From a virus (taxonomy: Duplodnaviria; Caudoviricetes): a stretch of 64,000 nucleotides of DNA. Location: the IMG/VR virus record IMGVR_UViG_3300043077_000092. One strand, 5' to 3'. How positions within the stretch are numbered: position 1 is the stretch's first letter; every line of letters starts with the position of its first letter. Shown one piece after another: positions 58,700 through 64,000 of the stretch. The notes below the pieces were generated by a model. The model did not search any database. It was not told the origin of the DNA and saw only the letters and a program-made list of their open reading frames with translations. The translations under genes and the position numbers were made by a program.

Positions 58700-59839
58700 T
58701 TAAGAAGTCTTTGTAACGTAACTAAGACTAATCCAACCAACTTTGCTCTTTAATTGACCCCAAGTACCCGTAGCGGTTTTACTCTCATCAACGATTGTAT
58801 AAATCTCACCACGCTTAATCTTGGTTACAATTGCCGCACTTGTATTAGGTGTTTTACGAACGTTCAGTACGTCGGTAATTACTCTAACTCTATACGGAGT
58901 AAATACAGCATTGGTATTAATGACTCCTGTATAGACGGCTACACCGTTACTATCAAAAACGGACTGATTAGTCTTACAGTTCTTGATAGCATTTGATAAT
59001 ACGGTATATGCACCTGTCTGATTTACGCACTTACCATTTTTCCAAGCTGTACCAACTCTGTAGTAGTTAGTAGTTGTTTTCTTCTCTGTGGATTCTGTAG
59101 TCGCTTCTGCATTAGTCTCTTTCTTCGAATCTTCTGATGTCTGCTGTTTAACTCCGTTTGCAACAGTTCCATCCCCGGGACAATCTCCGTCGTATGGGAG
59201 TGGTGCGGTATTGCAATAAGCACGGAGAACTTCTCTTTCGGAGTTGTCGCCAGCTCCTTTTTTGTATCGATTGTATGCAGAGAAAGTTGAATATCTCTTG
59301 TCATAAACAATATCAATCAGGTCTTCTGCGAGAGTTGTATTCGGGTTATCAATTCCTGCGGCAGAACAAGCTGCTTTAAACTCACTTGCAGCGGTTCCAA
59401 CACCACGATGAACAGCCCAACTCCACATGCATTCCTGAATCATTCTTGAATGTTGATTTGGATTAAAATAATCAGCCAATTTCTTCATCAACTGATTATA
59501 ATAATGCTCCTGTATGTATGAAATTTCACATTGCTCAAACTTTTCAGCACCAACTGAGTTATAACATTTCATCCATACAGCTTTAACCTCGTCTGGACTA
59601 GAGCAATAATCTGCCCCGGGCCATGTAGCCGATTTTATATCTTTTAAGTTATTAAAATAAAGAGAGCTTGCCTCACTCGGGAAATACGCTTTGAGGAAAT
59701 TGATGCAGTTCCCCCAACGTAATGTAAGTTGGTAGGAACCGCAACTAAGTCCCCAGTCGTTTCCACACTGAGCAAGGGCAAGGCTTCCCTTGGAAGCACT
59801 TTCAAATCTTTTTACTAATGAACCAATATGGTCTGCCAT
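58700..59839 (-). CDS. Lysin: lysozyme-like N-terminal domain plus cell-wall-binding domain and SH3b
   Basis: KRFES...SCGSYQL; LNVRKTP...YTIVDE...WGQLKSKVGWISL. Confidence 0.75.
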   Translation of the reverse strand: MADHIGSLVKRFESASKGSLALAQCGNDWGLSCGSYQLTLRWGNCINFLKAYFPSEASSLYFNNLKDIKSATWPGADYCSSPDEVKAVWMKCYNSVGAEKFEQCEISYIQEHYYNQLMKKLADYFNPNQHSRMIQECMWSWAVHRGVGTAASEFKAACSAAGIDNPNTTLAEDLIDIVYDKRYSTFSAYNRYKKGAGDNSEREVLRAYCNTAPLPYDGDCPGDGTVANGVKQQTSEDSKKETNAEATTESTEKKTTTNYYRVGTAWKNGKCVNQTGAYTVLSNAIKNCKTNQSVFDSNGVAVYTGVINTNAVFTPYRVRVITDVLNVRKTPNTSAAIVTKIKRGEIYTIVDESKTATGTWGQLKSKVGWISLSYVTKTS

Positions 59840-59861
59840 TGTCCTTACCTCCTAATGTAAT

Positions 59862-60695
59862 TTAACACTTACTGGTGAATTTAAGACTGATCCAACCAAC
59901 TTTGCTCTTTAAATAGCCCCAAGTGGTTGTACCGACTTTCTTTTCTCCAATGATGGTGTATTTCTCACCACTCTTTACTGCCGTAGCGATGCCGTAACTT
60001 GTACCCGGTCCTTTACGAACATTAAGCGAATCCGCTGTGATTTTAACACAGTAAGGATCTACTACGGTATAATATACGCCGTCAGCAGTCTTTGCTGTTT
60101 TTGTATCGTCCCCCTTACTCTGAGAGTTTGCATTTGCGCCGCCACCGAGAATCTCTTTTACAGACTCTTTGAATGCAGTCCATTCCGCATTGTCTTTACC
60201 TGCCATCTGAGCAGGGCAAGTTTTCCCAGTTACGTCATAATGACGGAGAACGTAAGTATCGACCAAATCTGCGGTGATGCCGATTAATTGGCAAACATAT
60301 GCGCAGAGATAAGCCGCATTTTTCTTCGTAGTTTCTGAAACAATAGAGTTTCCTGAAGTACACATCTCAATTCCGATGGAATTTGCATTTCTGCAAGATG
60401 CATGGTTATACTTCTTTGCACCGCAATGCCAAGCAATGTCACGCAGTTCTACTCCCTGATAGATAGAGTTCTCGTCTACGAAAAAGTGAGCAGATGCACT
60501 ACGACTTCCATTCTTGAAATACGTTGCATTTGCTTTTGCGGTGTCCTTCGTGTTTCCGGTGTAATGCATCACACAGTAGGATACACTACGATTGGTTGAG
60601 TCGTTGTAGTTACTCGATTTGGTTTGTATACTAGAGTTTACCTTAATACCGTTGATGGTATCTGTTACAAACCCAACATTGATAGTTTTACCCAT
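59862..60695 (-). CDS. N-acetylmuramoyl-L-alanine amidase (Amidase_2) plus SH3b
   Basis: MHYTG, SAHFFVD, AWHCG, NSIGIEMC, RHYDVTGKTCP. Confidence 0.92.
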   Translation of the reverse strand: MGKTINVGFVTDTINGIKVNSSIQTKSSNYNDSTNRSVSYCVMHYTGNTKDTAKANATYFKNGSRSASAHFFVDENSIYQGVELRDIAWHCGAKKYNHASCRNANSIGIEMCTSGNSIVSETTKKNAAYLCAYVCQLIGITADLVDTYVLRHYDVTGKTCPAQMAGKDNAEWTAFKESVKEILGGGANANSQSKGDDTKTAKTADGVYYTVVDPYCVKITADSLNVRKGPGTSYGIATAVKSGEKYTIIGEKKVGTTTWGYLKSKVGWISLKFTSKC

Positions 60696-60835
60696 AAGGC
60701 TTGTTCCTCCTTTAAAGAATAATACTCACCGATAGAGACTACTAGTGACTCACCTCCAAGAAAGCCACTCCATTCATCTATAGATTTATCGGCTGTTATC
60801 GTATAGTAACAGACTTATTTGGTCTGGAACTACCT

Positions 60836-62029
60836 TTAGTAATCACCCTGCACAAAGGGATCTACGAATAGACTATTGTATAAATTGTCCATATTTTCGA
60901 TCGTCCTATCTGCATTATACCATTGTGCGTTTCCTCGCCAAGAGCCGTAGCCAGTTCTTATGTCCTGATAACTTATTTTGCCTTCATCTAAGAGATTGGA
61001 GAGCGATTTTAATTTACGTTCCTCACGTACAATATTGTCATGAGGCATACGTCGAATAATTTTACCCGTGTCTGTAAATATGTAATTTGTCTTCAAATAT
61101 GTAAACTGCTTTAAAGAGCAGATTTGGGTTTTCTTTTCATTTACATGAATACCCAAATCTGCACAAATGCGAATGATGTCTTCAAGAAGAGCTTTCAAAT
61201 ACTCTTTACTATTACTAATAACATAGGAGTCATCCATATAGCGGGCATACCAATGACATCCACGAACTACTTTACAATAATTATCTATGGGAGTTGGAAA
61301 GAATATACCAGAAATCTGGGATATTTGACTACCAATACCCAAAGACTTGTCCATTTTCTTTTCTCCTGTCATTACCTCTCTTGGTATCTCGTTGAAATAC
61401 TTGAGAGAATTGAAGACGTCGTCTTTGCAATGTGCATATTCTTCGTCTGACATGTAAGATACATCAACTTCAAACGTACCTACGAGATATTGGATTAATT
61501 CCATAGCATCTTCGTCTGTAATCTTTGTGTTGATATAATTGAGTAGTTTTTCATGATCTATGTTGTCGAAAAACTTGGTGAAATCAATGAGCAGTATATA
61601 ACCCTCATTAGTTCCATATTCACGATAATAACTTTGTAAATGTCTCTCTAGTCGCCTTCTAGTGAAACCGATACCCTTACCTTTCACCGAAGCACCATTA
61701 TCGTAAATCAAAAATCCAGTAAGTGCAGGGTTTAAGATATAATCGCAAACTGCACGATTAACAACCCTGTCAGATATATGAAGAGATTTTACATGGCGTC
61801 TTTTACCTCTTTCAAAAAGAGGAAATTCGTAAAAGGGTTTTTGAACGTATCTATGATGAAGTAAATACATTTGGGTTCGATTTATGTTTCGAAGCAAGTT
61901 CGCTTCGTATCGTTGTACAGATTCCTTCCACCCAACATTTTTCTTAGAGCGAATAAACGCCTCTTTAAGATTATTTGCGTCTAAAAGGTGCTCATATAAA
62001 TGAGCATCTTCTTCTATTCTTCTAGGCAT
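60836..62029 (-). CDS. DGR reverse transcriptase
   Basis: GKRR, DFTKFFDNIDH, LGIGSQISQ (DGR-type SQ), RYMDD; adjacent to TR and avd. Confidence 0.95.
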   Translation of the reverse strand: MPRRIEEDAHLYEHLLDANNLKEAFIRSKKNVGWKESVQRYEANLLRNINRTQMYLLHHRYVQKPFYEFPLFERGKRRHVKSLHISDRVVNRAVCDYILNPALTGFLIYDNGASVKGKGIGFTRRRLERHLQSYYREYGTNEGYILLIDFTKFFDNIDHEKLLNYINTKITDEDAMELIQYLVGTFEVDVSYMSDEEYAHCKDDVFNSLKYFNEIPREVMTGEKKMDKSLGIGSQISQISGIFFPTPIDNYCKVVRGCHWYARYMDDSYVISNSKEYLKALLEDIIRICADLGIHVNEKKTQICSLKQFTYLKTNYIFTDTGKIIRRMPHDNIVREERKLKSLSNLLDEGKISYQDIRTGYGSWRGNAQWYNADRTIENMDNLYNSLFVDPFVQGDY

Positions 62030-62175
62030 CTAACATCTCTCCTAAGTTTCTAGCTCCACCTGACGTATCAGGGAGCATCAAAGGAGCCTATTCACCTTTC
62101 GGACGGATATATTTTCCTTTCTTAGTTTTAAACCCATATCGGCACGTAGCCTACACTTAGTATGGGATAAGAAAT

Positions 62176-62268
62176 CGGGCGAACACCGTTGAGGTTGGAC
62201 GCGTTGTTGTTATTGGAATTGCCATTATTGTTGCAATTGGCGAAGTTCGTCGAACTCGTCACGGCACT
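62176..62268 (-). ncRNA. DGR template repeat (TR)
   Basis: 93-bp match to 63795-63887; 12 AAY codons; lies between avd and RT. Confidence 0.95.
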
Positions 62269-62315
62269 CTCTATTTTTTTAGATTCAAAACATACCCGAA
62301 GCAGGCATTCACTGC

Positions 62316-63122
62316 TTAAACAGTTGTTAACTCTGCATTTTTCATATCGAATATGTCTTTCTCCTTGGGCAATTCTTCCTGCGTCTTTTTAACCTTCTCG
62401 GTCTCCTGATCCATATCCACCAGTAAAAAGGTAACTCCTTCAAGTATTGCTAAGCTAGATTTTGATAATTTTTTATTTTTTCTCTTTGCTGTTTTTTCAA
62501 CGGTTTCTCTTAAATTGATTAGACCTCTCTCACCAAGTCGTTTGAATACAAATTCTTCAATCTTCTTGATGTATCGCTCTTTCTCAGACTCATGGATTTG
62601 ACCAAGTAATCTTCTATCACTCTTCCTCCATGCCTTTAATAGAGCAACTTCTCTATCAATTAAGTCTACGTATGGCATAAACTTGTTTAGGTCTACATCA
62701 ATTACATCTGCAATAAACTGTAACTCTTGTATTAGCTGTTCACAGTTTCCAATTGCAGCAGTTTGATACCGACGCCTATCGTTAAATTCTGACTCATTTG
62801 TTGGATAAATCGAATTTGCTTGTATAATATTTCTAACAAGGAATCGTACTTCTTGTAATATTCGCTTTCGTGCATCATCAATCAACCATTCTGGGTATTC
62901 ATCGATGATTGATGTCATGCTGTATTTATCTGTAAGTTGGAGAAATTGTTCTTTATCTCCTTCTTCCATCTTAGCCATTGCAGTGTACAATCTTGGTGAA
63001 CGAGTTTTTTGTTTTGCTCCAAAATTTCTAAGCAAAAACGCTACCAAACTTCGTTGAACCTTATACGCATTAGCCAAAAATTCGAGACGAGAGGTCTTTC
63101 GTTTACTCTTTAATACTGACAT
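62316..63122 (-). CDS. avd: DGR accessory variability determinant (Avd-like), C-terminally extended
   Basis: MSVLKSKR...IIQANSIYP...RRRYQTAAI...LLKAWRKSD; position upstream of TR and RT. Confidence 0.8.
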   Translation of the reverse strand: MSVLKSKRKTSRLEFLANAYKVQRSLVAFLLRNFGAKQKTRSPRLYTAMAKMEEGDKEQFLQLTDKYSMTSIIDEYPEWLIDDARKRILQEVRFLVRNIIQANSIYPTNESEFNDRRRYQTAAIGNCEQLIQELQFIADVIDVDLNKFMPYVDLIDREVALLKAWRKSDRRLLGQIHESEKERYIKKIEEFVFKRLGERGLINLRETVEKTAKRKNKKLSKSSLAILEGVTFLLVDMDQETEKVKKTQEELPKEKDIFDMKNAELTTV

Positions 63123-63332
63123 TCCTTCTTCACCTCCCCTTCTAGTAAGTTTAATTAAGTCAAGCTGTCTCGATTATATTTTCTCTAAATTAATTATTAA
63201 GTTTTCATTTTTCATTCTCCTTTCAGATAAATTAACCGAGTGATTCTACCCGATTATATTTTTTGTAATTGGTATTATAAATTATTATTAGAATTGGAAA
63301 TTATTGGTTACCAGAAAAAATCGTTATAAAAA

Positions 63333-63367
63333 GTCGGCGTTGGGATAGTAATTATCCCAACGCCGAT
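63333..63367. terminator. Terminator after the target-gene unit
   Basis: TCGGCGTTGGGATA / TATCCCAACGCCGA stem with U tract on minus strand. Confidence 0.8.
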
Positions 63368-63399
63368 CTAAACCGATTTTAATAATCGTATCAACTGCC

Positions 63400-63630
63400 T
63401 TACTGCTCGTCTTCAGGCAGTGCTGCGAGCTGAGCCTGCAACTCGTTAATACGGTCGCGCACTTTCTGGCGCTGCGCCATAAGATCATCGAGATCATACG
63501 GAGCTTCTTTTCCCATCTTCTCGTACTCTAAGCACTTAGTAACTGCCCAGTCACCGATTCTTGAAGAAGTCGAAGTTAAGCTTGCAGTAAGATTAGTAAT
63601 CTCCTGCGTTAATTGCTGACGCTCTGTCAT
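63400..63630 (-). CDS. Small coiled-coil protein, candidate tail-fibre assembly chaperone
   Basis: GDWAVTKCLE...RQKVRDRINEL; directly downstream of the DGR target. Confidence 0.6.
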   Translation of the reverse strand: MTERQQLTQEITNLTASLTSTSSRIGDWAVTKCLEYEKMGKEAPYDLDDLMAQRQKVRDRINELQAQLAALPEDEQ

Positions 63631-63734
63631 TTCAGGGTACCTCCTTAATCAAATTTTATATAAATTTCGTGATTACTCTATCACTTTAGGTTGCTACCGT
63701 TGCCATTGGCATTTCCGTAAACCCTCTCAGTCTC

Positions 63735-63764
63735 CCAATCCGCCCCACAAGGGGGCGAGATTGG
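63735..63764 (-). promoter_or_regulatory. GC-rich hairpin downstream of VR (DGR target-recognition element)
   Basis: CCAATC-CGCCCC / GGGGCG-A-GATTGG, 12 nt past the target stop codon. Confidence 0.7.
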
Positions 63765-63776
63765 TCGATTAGCAGA

Positions 63777-64000
63777 TTAACCGATTAAGAAATACGGGCG
63801 AACACCGTTGAGGTAGGACGCGAGGTAGTGATGGGAAAGGCCACTACTGCTGCAATAGGCGAAGTTCGTCGAACTCGTCACGGCACTGAGCCACCACCAC
63901 TGACGTGCACCACCGTTGCCAAGTCCTGCGATCAAAGCTGCCGGATTATGACGGAATAATGCAAACTGGGTATTGTTTGCTCCGGTGTCGTAGAAAGATG
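63777..64000 (-). CDS. DGR target protein, C-terminal C-type-lectin-like domain (5' part outside window)
   Basis: ...QFALFRHNP...WWWLSAVTSSTNFAYCSSSGLSHHYLASYLNGVRPYFLIG-stop. Confidence 0.9.
   Translation of the reverse strand, partial: SFYDTGANNTQFALFRHNPAALIAGLGNGGARQWWWLSAVTSSTNFAYCSSSGLSHHYLASYLNGVRPYFLIG
63795..63887 (-). repeat. DGR variable repeat (VR)
   Basis: 81/93 identical to TR; all 12 differences at TR adenines on the coding strand. Confidence 0.95.

Noticed and set aside
60836-62029. RT as group II intron, retron or Abi
   Set aside because: No maturase or endonuclease extension; SQ motif, Avd and an A-specific TR/VR pair identify a DGR
62189-62392. Plus-strand 67-aa Leu-rich ORF
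   Set aside because: Antisense shadow of the AAC-rich TR and the avd end
1-64000. Stop-codon reassignment as in some gut jumbo phages
   Set aside because: Core genes are full length in code 11 and end in TAA, TAG and TGA
1-64000. CRISPR array, tRNA or rRNA genes
   Set aside because: No repeat-spacer periodicity or cloverleaf seen by eye; tRNAscan-SE was not run

Overview
This AT-rich window is part of a jumbo myophage of the phiKZ/AR9 (PBS1) type. The host is probably a Firmicute (Clostridia/Lachnospiraceae-like), inferred from strong AGGAGG Shine-Dalgarno sites and SH3b lysins. It encodes fragments of multisubunit RNA polymerases, a probable sigma-like promoter-specificity subunit near a primase and a GroEL-like chaperonin, a family B DNA polymerase split into two genes, an SF2 helicase and RNase H. 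The virion genes are portal, tail sheath and tube, large terminase, major capsid and prohead protease, followed by two lysins. The right end holds a diversity-generating retroelement: target with VR (5' end outside the window), Avd, TR and RT. All 12 TR/VR mismatches fall at template adenines. Less obvious signals: (1) a ~0.8 kb hairpin-dense plus-strand locus at 47290-48064 holding a putative ncRNA and a small ORF whose paralog at 53859 is also encoded on a structured RNA; (2) an 816-aa putative head polyprotein with NUDIX-like, ADP-ribosyltransferase-like and DUF6582-like modules separated by candidate protease sites; (3) a recurrent NACA-N6-TAA promoter resembling the AR9 late promoter, plus a TATATTA early-type motif; (4) a 17-codon peptide shared by two genes 41 kb apart with mostly synonymous differences. 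All family assignments come from motif recognition by eye; no database searches were run.
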